Origin: Gracilinanus agilis
Taxonomy: Eukaryota
DNA: 64,000 nucleotides
Direction of reading: 5' to 3'
NCBI RefSeq assembly: GCF_016433145.1
Contig: NC_058131.1
Location: 48,447,795 to 48,511,794, forward strand
Shown: positions 25,901 to 38,600 of the stretch, in pieces
Layout: the number at the start of each line of letters is the position of its first letter
How positions within the stretch are numbered: position 1 is the first letter of the stretch
Translations under genes and position numbers: made by a program
The notes under the pieces: generated by a model
What the model saw: the letters and a program-made list of their open reading frames with translations, nothing else
Databases searched by the model: none
What the model was told of the DNA's origin: nothing

Positions 25901-28900
25901 GATTCTTGTCTCTGGGCCTAAAGACCTACATGGTTTCTAGGTATCATGGTTAGGGGCATCACTGGACATGTGTCTCAAGACTTTGTTATGCGGAATTAGG
26001 TTAGGGGTGGAGGAGGAGGGAAAGGGAGAGGAGGGCAGCAGCAACAAGTTTACAAGGTCCATGAAGCCAGAAGTGTATGGAGTGTATTCTGCAATAGACA
26101 AGGTGTCACTGCACCCCCTACTGGCCAACCACACTCAATGCCCCACCCAACAGCTGGTAATGTGACCTCAGCAGCTGTCCGAAGATGCCCCTCCTCGATG
26201 TACCCCAGGTCCTGGTAGAGGAGCTTCCAGGAGGAGCCCTGTGTTTTCTGAAGCAATGCACTCCCCCCAACTTGGCTCTGTAACCTGTCAGGAGCCTCTT
26301 CTCCATCTCTGAGGTCAACTGTGCCCACCAGTGTCTCTTGAACACTGCCCCCACTCCTGCTCTGACCCTCTTCCACCTGACAGCTCTCACACCAACCCGG
26401 GTGGGTCATTCTTTTCTCTTGGCCTTGAAGAAGTAGGCCAGCGATTCCCGGCAAAACAAGGTGAATGTAACTAGCAAATTCACAAAGCAAAATTAAGTAT
26501 GATTCACTGAAGTTTTTAAGAATGAGTATGCTGGGGGTCCATGTAAATCATGGAAGCAGGACTAGATTTGAAGCCAGGAAGCAGGTTTGAAGCAGGTTCT
26601 GTTATTCAGCCTCAGTTTCCTCATCTAGAAAATGAGGTGGTACACTAGATGAACCCCGAGGTGCTACCTTAGGAAAGGGAAAAGGAAGCTTAGGGCAATA
26701 AAAAGTTTAGAAATCCTGAGGGTAACAAGAAAATTCAATAGCCTCAACAAGCCAAGCTGGACCATGTCATCTGCAGGAGTACAAATGGCAAACACGAGCC
26801 TGCTGGTGAGTAGGAATATTTCCTACACAAACAGTGTAGGGTGGAAGTGATTTCAGTCCTTATTTTCATTTATTTTTACTGCTCTAAATTCACCACCTGC
26901 TACTTGAAAGAGACTGACTGTTTCTTCTCTTTACTTGGTTGAAGAGCTGAAAAAGCTGGATCCTCCTGGCTCTCTTAGCCCCTCATTTGTCTAGGGTACA
27001 ATAGAGGGAACACCAGGCTCCAAGCATAACTTGGATACTTGCTATATGACTTCAGGTAGCTCATCTCACCTCCCTAAGCCTGTTTCCTCATCTGTCAAAT
27101 GAGAATAATCATTCTTGCCACACAAAATTGTGGTGAGGATTAAGTGATGTAATACCAAACAAAGCACAGGAGAAACCAGAAAAAAAAAAACCTCTTTACA
27201 AAGGTCAGTTACTATCACAGAGAGAGAAGAAAACCTTGTGCATGTGCTGAGTCTTTGAAAAGCTTATTTGCTTCCCTGAAAAGATGCAGAACCTTACAAA
27301 ATCAGAAGAAAGGGAAAAGGGAGCTGGACAAGGTGACAAACTTAGGTAGGTTTATTCCTTGCTCTTTGTGCTTTTAAATCCTCAGCATCTAGTAATAAGC
27401 AACTATGAAACTGATAAGAAGGCAAGTAATCTGGCTAGCTGACAAGCAAGTTACCATTTCTGCATGAAAGCCAAACCATCAGAGATTTGGAAGAAACGGA
27501 TCATTACTCCCTCTCTCTCTGGCAACTTGTCTAGCTTTAAACCTTAACTAAAATCCCACCTTTTACAAGAAGCTGTCCCTAACCCCTCTTAATTCTAGGG
27601 CTGTCTCTCTTTTAATTGTACCCTATTTCTCCTGGATATAGCTAGCTTTGTATATATTTGCTTGCATGTTATCTCCACCATTATGGCATTTTAAGGGTCT
27701 TTGTCTCTTTCAGTATCTCCAGTGCTTAATGTGCAGGTTAATAATAAGTAATGTTTAATAAATGTTGAATGACTGTCTCTTCGAACTGGAACAACAAAGG
27801 GCCTGAAAAGCAAAAGCTTTGAAAAAACTTTGTGAAATTCCAAGGGAAGAAGTTTAAAAGTGAGAAAATTAGCAAATACAGATGGTATGAAGGCAAGTTA
27901 CATACCAACAATACCACATAATTACAAAGGTCAGAAGATCTTTAAAGATGATTTAATCTACACCTCTCATTCTGTGAATAAAGAGAAAGGCCCAGATAAA
28001 GGTACTGACTCAAACTGCTTTCCTAACCAATCTGCTCAAATCCAATTTGAACATGAGAAGGAAGAAGACACAAGAGGTCATCACTTCATGACGAAGATGG
28101 GAAGTGAGAAGGATTCAGACCTCAGGGAAATCTCAAGAATTCTGGACCTTCTTCCATGAACAGTATAGATCTGCTCACCACTGCAGGGTCTGGAGAGAAT
28201 TCCTTTGTTGATGAACCAACCAGCCCACTGAAGAGTGAGAGAGCACAGGGGGCTGACATCAGTCCTGGATATATTTCCCTAGTCCTGCTTGATCAATACT
28301 TATGCTGAGAGAGACTCAGTAACACCACTTTCTCTAACACACTGTCTGGTTTTCTTTCTGTAAGCCTAAATAGCAAGTGTGTTAACAAACCAATTTTGTA
28401 TGCATTATTGCACATATACTGACTATGAAAACGGCATCAGGCTAAGTGCTGGCGATCCTTGTCTTTGTGAATCTTACAATCTAACAAGGAGGATAAGAAA
28501 TGCACTTCCATAGACAATATTTAATATATGATAGATATCAAGTGAGAAAAACGTCAATGTCCCACCAACATTGTGAGGCCAATAATAGATACTATTATGT
28601 AATCTTGTAGATGAAGAACTTGAGGCTCTGAGAAGTTAAAAGACTTGCCCAAGGTCATGCAACAGTAAGTGGCCAAGTCAGAACTTGAGCTCGGGTCTTC
28701 TGACCCCAAGTCAGAATGCCTTCCATGATGCTATCCTGACCCCACCATCAAATAGTTGAGTCTCTATCCAAAGGTTTTATGCACAAGTTATACACGTTAG
28801 CATGTACTCACCTCTGCCACAGCTATGGATAGCACATCAGAACTGGTGAGGGGATGTGTCTGCACCAGGGTGCCAGTCTCAGAGTCCCAGAACTGCACCA

Positions 28901-31900
28901 TCCCAGCTGAGTCTGTGCTCACCACGGTCCCATCAGAGAGGAACGCCACCCCCCACACCACACACCGGCGCCTTTGGGATCCCGGGTGCCTCTTGTCCAT
29001 TAACATCTTCTGGGTAGTGTTACCTGAGAAACAAGCACACCACAAGGGTCACATGCAGATGGAGGAGGGAAAGCAAAACCTGGAGTCCTCTGCCCCTCTC
29101 CAGCTCCTGTACCCTAGCCAAGTCTAACTCACAGAGAGTTTCATGGAAAGATTTCCAAAAGTGATGTGACCATTTGTGATATGGAAAGGTTATTGGTAAA
29201 TTGTGTCTTCCACCTTTTTGTAGAGAGAGTAGGGCTGCATATGGCTTTCACAAGAGCCATGTATGATGGTAAGACAAGTAAGAGTCATTAACTCCATTTC
29301 ACAGATGAAGACAGTGAGGCTCAGCGAGCTAAAAGGACCTATCTCTGGTCCCCAGTTAGAAGGCTGCAGAGTCAAAGGTAATGCTCATGAACCAATTAGT
29401 TCTCTGGGTACAGTTAGGGAAGTGAATGTGCCCCTGTACAAACCTAAGAAGACTGGTAACCAAAATTAAAATTATCACGAAATTAATTATAAAAGAGAGC
29501 TCACAAAGCAGCTGCTAAAAGAATCAAGGAAGACTGAGCTATAAAGGTTCTCAAAGGGATTTATTACAAGGACTATTTGCTAATGCAAATCCTACAAAAT
29601 TTTTGTTTGTTTTGCTGCTTAAAGAAAACATCCTTTTCTTCTTTTAAAAATCCCACTGATTCCCCATAGAAAACCAGTCAGTGCATATCATGTTTGAAAG
29701 ATTTGCTTCATTCAACACCTCCAAGCCCTGCTCTCTCTACCAAAAGGTGGAAGACACACTTTACCAACAATCCTTTCATATCACAAATGGTCACAGCACT
29801 CATGAGAGTTTGGAAATCTTTCCATGAAACTTCCCCAAAACTAACCCATCCCTATGAGCTGCCCTCTCTGAACTGAAAACAACAGTACCTGATTTGACAT
29901 CAAGGACAGCAATGTAGTCTATAGATCCAGCTGCAATGTAGGTACCAGATGGATGCCAGCTTAATGAGAGAATTCGACCTGGGGATAACAAAATAAAAAA
30001 GAAAATGATTTAAAATAAAATGCAGAGTACCATAGAGTTCTTTACAGCTTGTGAGTATTATGTCATCTTATCTCTATTTCCCTACATTCCAGCACATTAC
30101 ATAATTCCATATGTAATATAACTCTGCTCTGTGATCATACTAGGCACTTAGAACATGCCAAGTCCTAAGTGGTGAGCATTTAATGCTACTGACTGAGAAA
30201 TACTGTAGAGAATGCAACACATTCCAGTCCTTATCTATTCAGAGATGTCATTTTGAAGTAGCAAGTGTTGTGAGGAAGATTAATTTAGTATTAGTGTTGG
30301 ACCTAGCAGGAAAGGCTGGAGGATTCCAAGATGGAATGAAGGAGCAGGAAGTGGGGCTTGTGCTCTGAGAGAGACTCCATTAGTGGTTGGGAACCCTGGG
30401 AACTGTTGCTAACCCTGGGAGATCTCAGAGTTAGGGAAAAACTGCATCCAGATTCCCTGGGATCCTGAGAGGTGGAGGCTTTTAACAGTGGACAACAGAC
30501 CTGCAGAGCAGCACCAAGTGGGTAAGTGGTTTGTGATCTGGTGGACAGTTTTGCAAACTCACTCTCCCTACATGGGTACCTTGGATCACCCGGTGGAGTG
30601 GGCTCTTAGCATCCTGTGACCATCCTTGGATTTACCGTGAGACCCTAATTGAAAGCCATCCTCAGGCCCTTTAGCTGAGCTGACCAAACCTGGCTGGAAC
30701 CAGGTTTGGAGGAGCTTTCCCTGTGACTTCAGTACTGCTTCCTTCGGGCTCTTCCTGGCTTAGGTCAATAGAATACTGTAGTCAAGTCCTTCCTTTGCCC
30801 CTGTGGTTTGCCCTTAGGTTGTAAGTATAGAATCCCTTATTCCCATCCTTCATTATTATTTCCCTCAATTAAACTGTATAAACGTTTACCTTTTGCCTGC
30901 TGGTTCCATAGACCCTAGCCTAGGAGGGCTGAGTGACTGTTGGGCCTAACTGCCATTCCTGTGACAGTTAACAGCTTGGCAGTAAACCCTGGTCTCCCTA
31001 TCCTGGTTGGTCCTGTCTCTCCTTCAACCCAATGTGAACCCACAAACCATTTAGTTTACATTTTAATAATAATAGTTAACATCCCTGGTGCCCCACCATT
31101 ACACAAGTCACATATCTACATGTTACACACTAAAATACTGTTTAGTTTTTTATGAGTAATCTTGGGTTTTTTTGTTTTGGATTTGTTTTCCCAGATAGGG
31201 CAACTTGGCATGAATGGGTGGGAACATGTAGGGGACAAGACATAGACCCTTTCAGATTCTAGATAACACAACTCTCATAACAAGCACAAACTAGCACAAC
31301 TTTCTGGAAAGGCCATTTATCATACTGACTCCTAAAATGTCCCTTACCTTTCTGTCGTTCTAAAGTCCGTTCAAGCTGAATTTTGTCTGGGGAGACTTGG
31401 AATAGCTTCACAGAGCCATCCTCACAGCCTATCTGTCAGAAGGAAGGAAGAAACCAGAAAAGATAAACAAAAATGCTAAAAAAATTTTTAAAAAGAAAAA
31501 CATTTGAGAAAAGAATTCTGGAATCAAGAAACTATACCCTATATAACCTGGCGCTCAATCATGGTCTAATTCCTGGGTCTAAAGAGACAATTTATAGCAA
31601 TGAGAATAGGCCACATCACAGCTCTGCTAGAAACCTATTCTCCAATTGAGTAAAAAACTGAATGAATATTAAGATCAAAACACATCAGATATATACTAAT
31701 TGAATTTAAAACACTGATCTTAAGGGTCAGAAGAAACTTGGGTTCAAATCCTGGCCCCGAAACTCACTAGCTCCATGCACCAGAGCTCCAAATCCCTTAA
31801 CCCCTCATTTCCTAATTTATCACAAGGAAAGAGGAAATGAAACTACTAACAACCATATGAATGAATGTTCCACTCCTAGGAATTATAGGAAAAAAGCTTA

Positions 31901-34900
31901 TGAAAACACCTTTGAGGCTTTACCTTAACCCCTTAAAAAACAAAAGACCAAAATGGTCAGACCCCAGAGGGGCTGGTACCAAAGTGGCAGCTATCAAGAG
32001 GAAGCCAAGCACTCTAAAGCCCCACGGCAGAACTGTAACTTGGTCCATAAAGATATATATGACATAACACTAAAAGTCAATAAATTAGATATACTCTATG
32101 ACCCTGTTGATGTCACAACTGGGAATGATACCAAAGAGGTCAAAGATAGCTAGAGAGGTCCTATATAGTGGCACTTTTTATGGTAGCAAAGACAAGGAAG
32201 AAAATGGGCATCTACTAATTGGGGAATGGCCAAACAAACTGATGGAAGAATTCAGAGAAACTTAGAAGAATCTCATATGAACGGAACTAGAGAGAAGTGA
32301 GCAGAATCAGGAGAACAATACACTAACAGACAACAAAACTGATCAATATAGCAACTAATTAAGATTTTAAGGATCCACTGGTGGATTCCTCTCCCCTCTT
32401 AGAGGTTATGGGGGAGCACTATAGTTAATTGTATAATATATATAATGAATATGTATATATCATATAGCATGTTACATGTTTTCTATATAATATACTATCA
32501 TATATGGTCAATGTGCTCATTTATTATGTTTAGCTATACTTGTTTTACAGGAGGATTGTAGGAAGAGAAGTCATTAGGAAATAAAACTGATGCAAATAAG
32601 CATCAATAAAAACTTAAAATTGTTTAAAAAGATAATGTGGGAAAAATAAATGAATGCAAACAGGATAAAAACAAAGTACAAATAATCCCAATGTGAGCTC
32701 CCATCCCATCATTAGGATAGAGTAAAAATCCAAACTGCAATATTCTAAAAGATAATTTTTTGCCTAATCTTCCACTGTTGTGTAGAAAAGAAACCTATAT
32801 CTGAATTAACAGACTACATTCCCCTTATCATCAAGCCCTACTCCACGCTCCCCAACACTAACCGCAAGGTATGAGCCACTTGGGTCAGCAGCCATGCTCC
32901 AAATGGGACCACCAAAGCCATCAACAGAATATTTGACACTCAGCTTTTCCAAGTCATACTCAATAATGTCACCATTGAGTCCAGCACTGAAGAGTCGCTG
33001 TCCTTTTGCCCAGCATAGAGCTTCTGTGGCCCGACCCTCATGACCTGGGAAAAACTAAACAAAAACAGTAATACTTTATTCAGTTGTCAAGTCATCATCA
33101 TCATTAATTAACAACTACTGAATAGTCAAAGACTACATGGAATTTGTATCATAACCCAAAATAAAAGGAATAGTTTACTTCTGAAAATAGATTGAGGTTT
33201 TGAATTCTATTCTTAACAGAACATACAGACCTTGACATAGGAAGCCCTGGGTTAAATTTTTTGCTAAGATATCTTGGTTCTGTGATTCTCAGGAACTCAC
33301 AAAACCTTTTAAAAGGCCCAAAGCAACTCACCTTTTGGATGACTTTAAAGTGGCAAAGCAAGTGCTCACAGGTCTAATTTTACCTCCATTCGAAAAAGGG
33401 TTAGCTCTGATTCAAAGAGGTTCACTGAGTATTTGAAAAGAGTAAATCAGCAAAAAATAATTCAATAAATACTTGGGATTATTTGGAAGTCTAAAAATTA
33501 GTACAATTAGCTTTTTTCTTTTAAATCCATACTTTCTTAGAATTGTTATTAAGTATTAGTTCTAAGGCAGAAAGAGTGGTAAGGGCTAGGCAATTGGAGT
33601 TAAATGACTTGCCTACAATCACACACTGAGGAGTGTCTGAGGCCAAATTTGAACCCCAAATCTCTGGTCTGGCACTCTATCCACTGAGCCATTAAGTTGC
33701 TCCTATAATTAGTATCAATGTTTGGGTCAAAGGTTTAAGTCAAATCAGCGACATAAGTAGCATCTTATTAAAAACTAAAAATATAATCCAAAATTAAATC
33801 CAAGAAGATATTAATAAAATTGAAAAGAAAACCATTGGTCAATCTGACAAAAAAGAAAAAAGAGAACCAAATTACCAAAATAAAAAATGAAAAGGGTGAA
33901 TTCATCACAAATGAAGATGAAATTAAAGCAATCATTAGGTGCTATCTTGCCAATTACATGCCAATAAATCTGACAATCTAAGTGAAATGGATAATTATTT
34001 ACAAATAAACAATTGCCCAGATTAACAAAAAATAGGATACTTAAAAAAAAAACCCTATCTTAGAAAAAGAAATTGAACAAACCATTAATAAGCTCCCTAA
34101 GAAAAAATTCCCAGGACCAGATGGATTTACAAATGAATTCTAACAAACATGTAGAAAACAATTAATTCCAATACTATATAAACTATTTGGAAAAACAGGC
34201 AAAGAAAACCTTTTACAATATAAATATGGTGCTGATACCTAAACCAGGAAGAGAAAAAACAGAGAAAGAAAATTATAGACTAATTTCTCCAGGGAATAGT
34301 GATGTAAAAATTTTAAATAAAATACTAACTAGATAGCAGCAATATCCCAAAGATTACTCACTATGACCAGCTGGGATTTATACCAAGAATGCAGAGGTGG
34401 CTCAATATTAGGAAAACTATCAGTATAACTGACTACATCAATAACAAAACCAACAGAAATTATATGATTATCAATAGATATAGAAAAAAACTGTGGACAA
34501 AATATAATACTCATTTCTATTATAAAGCATAGGAATAAATGGAGCTTTCTTTAAAATGCTAAGTAATATCTATCTAAAAAAATTAGAAGCATTATCTCTA
34601 ATGGGAATAAGCCAGGAGTCTTCCCAGTAAGATCAGGTGTGAAGAGAGATGCCCATTATCACCACTACTATTCAGTATTGATCTAGAAATGCTAGCTAGG
34701 GCATTGAGACAAGAAATAAAATTGAAAGAATTAGAATAGGCAATGAGGAAATAAAACTATCACTCTTTACAGTCAATATGATGGTATACTTAGAGAATCT
34801 TAAGACAATCAACTAAAAAAAAGAAAATAAACAACAAGTTCAGCAAAATTGCAAGACATAAAACCCATATAAATCACCAGCATTTCTAAATATAATCAAT

Positions 34901-35613
34901 AAAATCCAAAAGGAAGAGATAGGAGAAATTCTAGTTAAAATAACTTGCAAAAAATATAAAATACTTGGGAGACTATCTGCCAAGACAAACTGAGGAATTG
35001 TATGAACAAAATTATAATATTCGTTCCTCCCCAAAGTCAGGTCTAAACAATAGGAGAAATATTGATTGCTCATTGGCAGGCTGAGTCAATATAATAAAAA
35101 TGACAATTCTACCTAAATTAATTTAACTTACTCAGTGCCACACAAATCTAATTACCAAAAAAACTTATTTAATATAGCTAGAATCAAGAGGAAAAAAAAA
35201 AAAAAAGATGGTATAGGTATAACAGAGCTCAAACTATATTACAAAGTGGTAATCATCAAAACAATATGTTACTGGCTAAGAAATAGAGTGGTGGATCAGT
35301 GGACTAGATTAAGTAAGCAATACACAGTAGTAAATGACCACAATAATCTGGCAGATCTTTTCTTAGTGGTAAAAAATTGGAAACTAAGGAGTGCCCTTCT
35401 ACTAGAGAATGGCTAAACACATTTTGGTACATGAATGTAATGGAGGGGCAGCTGGGTAGCTCAGTGGATTGAGAGGCCTAGAGATGGGAGGTCGTAGGTT
35501 CAAATCCAGCCTCAGACACTTCCCAGCTGTGTGACCCTGGGCAGGTCACTTGACCCCCATTGCCTAACCCTTACCACTCTTCCACCTAGGAGCCAATACA
35601 CAGAAGTTAAGGG

Positions 35614-35645
<32 letters not shown>

Positions 35646-38600
35646 TACTTGCATGAATGTAATGGAATATCATTGTGTCATAAGAAGTGATGAAATTGAC
35701 AACTTTAGATAAAACATTTTATAAACTAAGAGTAAAATGAACAGAACTTGGAGAAAAAATGTATACAATGATAACATTACAAAATAAAACAACTCTAAAA
35801 GACTTTAGAACTTTGATCAACACAATAATAAGCGAAGAGACCAAAAGAATGAAACAAGCTATTCACCTCTTGACAGAGGTAATGGTAGCTTAAAATGCAA
35901 AAAAAAGACATTTTTCTGATCTGGCTAATGTGGACATTTGTTTTGCCAGAATTGAAGGCTTTAGGAATTTGTTGTAGAGGGTAAGGGGAGTTATTTTTTT
36001 TCTGGGAGGTGAGAGAGAAATCTAGAAAGGTAAGGTGAATTTTTAAAAATACTTAATTGAAACAATTAAAAATAAAAAATAAGTTAGGTAGGAAAAGGAA
36101 AGGTAAGAGCAGAGGAGGAGGAAAAACATGGAGAAAAATATATGAAAGGTCTCTTCGATGCTAATTCAGTTGAATTCAATCTTTTAAACACTTACCAACT
36201 ACTGAGCTGCCAGCCTCTCCATTAAACTATACTGTTTCCTTAATTTTTACATTACATCAGGGGTCTTTAACCTTTTCTGTGTGATGGCCCTTGTGGTAGT
36301 TTGGGGCAGACTTCTTCTCAGAATCATGTTATTAAGTGCATAAAATAACATATGTAAGATTACAAAGGAAACCCATTCTATTGAAATAAAGTAGCAAGAT
36401 ATTTTTTTAAAAGATCACTGAGCTCCGAACCTCTGTCTTATAGGTTCTTTCAATGCAGAATAATAATCAATATAGTTTCAACTCCCTTATTTCAGAGATG
36501 AGAAAGCTGAAGCCTAGACAAAGGCTAAATCAGCAGCTGGTCAATGACAAAGTAAGGAAAAAAGCTCAAACCTCTAGATCCCATGCCCATTACTCCTTTC
36601 CATTACCCAATGCCTCCCAGCATGGCCAGAAATTAACCAGTCCAGATGGGGTATGGGGAATTCCTTCTAGTAGTGAGAATGCAAACAGTCCATGCCTTCT
36701 ATCTTGAATGATTCTTATCAATAACCTTTGAGACACACTCAATAAAAAATCCAGAGAATGAACTAAAGGTCTTCCTTTCAAAATTATTTGACAAATATCA
36801 GAATAGCATTCAGTTCTCCATCTGTCTTCACTTACTTGTCATAAAGGAACTGTGCCAAGTCCACAAGCATTTCTTAAATGTTTAACCATGTGTCAGGAAT
36901 TGTGCCACCTCAAGTTCCACTCTCTGCAATGTCCCGGTTTTTTTTCTTTCATCTGATCTACCTCCTCTTCATTCTCTAGTATGTTCATGCTTTCCTATAT
37001 TCCCAATTCTTTAGCTTTGTTCCAGACTCCCTTTTACCCTTACTGTCATCCTTATGTCACCTTCTACCCTTTATTCTCTTATCCTTCTGCCCTTCAAGTC
37101 TGCCCACATTCACCCTAACATGAATCTTGAGCTGTAAATACCACAAGGGGAAATCCCACCACTGTGCCAATTGGGTTCAATATGAATTTTTTATTATTAT
37201 TATTTTTTATTTTAAACCCTTAACTTCTGTGTATTGACTTATAGGTGGAAGAGTGGTAAGGGTAGGCAATGGGGGTCAAGTGACTTGCCCAGGGTCACAC
37301 AGCTGGGAAGTGTCTGAGGCCGGATTTGAACCTAGGACCTCCTGTCTCTAGGCCTGGCTCTCAATCCACTGAGCTACCCAGCTGTCCCCTCAATATGAAT
37401 TTACTATCTAATCTCACCTGAGCCCTCACTGCTGCATGGAATCCTTTTATTCTTCTTTGAGTCTCCATCCCAGTCTGAAGCAGCTATTCCAAACCTAATC
37501 TCCTCCAACCTCACAGAGGCCCTGACTCCTACTTTACAGAAAAAAATTAGGGACACCTTTTGTGGGCTTCTTCATCGTCCCTATTCCAAACCCTAAAACT
37601 TCTATACTTTCTATAGACCCTCTCTACCCATCTGAGGAAATAGTGGCCTTCTAGCCCATGCAAGGCCTAACAAACTATCCTCTTCCAGTAGTTTCCCATC
37701 TGTTACTTCCATCTGTAACTCTAGACTCACCCAGCTCCCATTCTAGTTTAGACCATTATGATCTCTCCCCCAGACTATAGAAAGAGATTCCTAATTAGTC
37801 CTCCTATTTCCAGCCTCTTCCCCTCTTAACATCTGCTACAGAGGGCAAAAGAAGTAACCTGAAGCATAAATCTGACATTAGTTCAGTTACCATTTGCCCT
37901 GATTCTTCCAGTTTGGGTTCCTCCTTCCTTAATTTTCCTTGTACCATACTGATATGGGGGAAGTTAGCCCTCTATCCCCACCCCCAGGAGAATCTAACTT
38001 AAGCTCCTAAGGGTAGGGACTGCTTCAATTTGGTCTCAGCACCCCTCAAAGTCAAGAACAACACTCTGCAAATAAGTAGGTGCTTAGGAAACATTTGTTG
38101 AATTCAGTTGTATCCTGTCCCTACTGTCAAACATAGCCACTTCTTACTCACTATAAATCATGGGTAATACATCTTGGCTGTTTATATCCCCTAAATGTTC
38201 TACTCTTCCCCAACCCTCTCTTTTAGTCCCCGGCCTTTTTATTCTTCTTCTGAGGTCCTCATAGTGCTCCATTTCAAGAAAACAGTCCTGTCATGATGCT
38301 CAAGCTGAAAAGGTAGGCTTTGTCAGCAGGGTGCAACATGGATCATGCCTGTCTCCCTAATACTCAGTTCTGTGCCCACATCTTTGTTCCTCCAAGATAA
38401 CTGAGGACTTCAATGGGCTGCTTATACAATTTCAACCTAGGGGCAGTAGTCATTGCTAACAAGTGCTAAGACAAAAAAGAGAAATGGCACTTTTCTCCCT
38501 AATGTCCTTATAGGGACACAGGGATTTGGCCCACACAAAATTCTTCTGTAACCCGGACCTCCAAAATACATAGCCATAGGACACTTCCCACTGTATGGCA

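Noticed and set aside
33750-35420. L1 ORF2 as a potentially active or domesticated gene
   Set aside because: It is 5'-truncated, has internal deletions and many stops and frameshifts, and is interrupted by a SINE.
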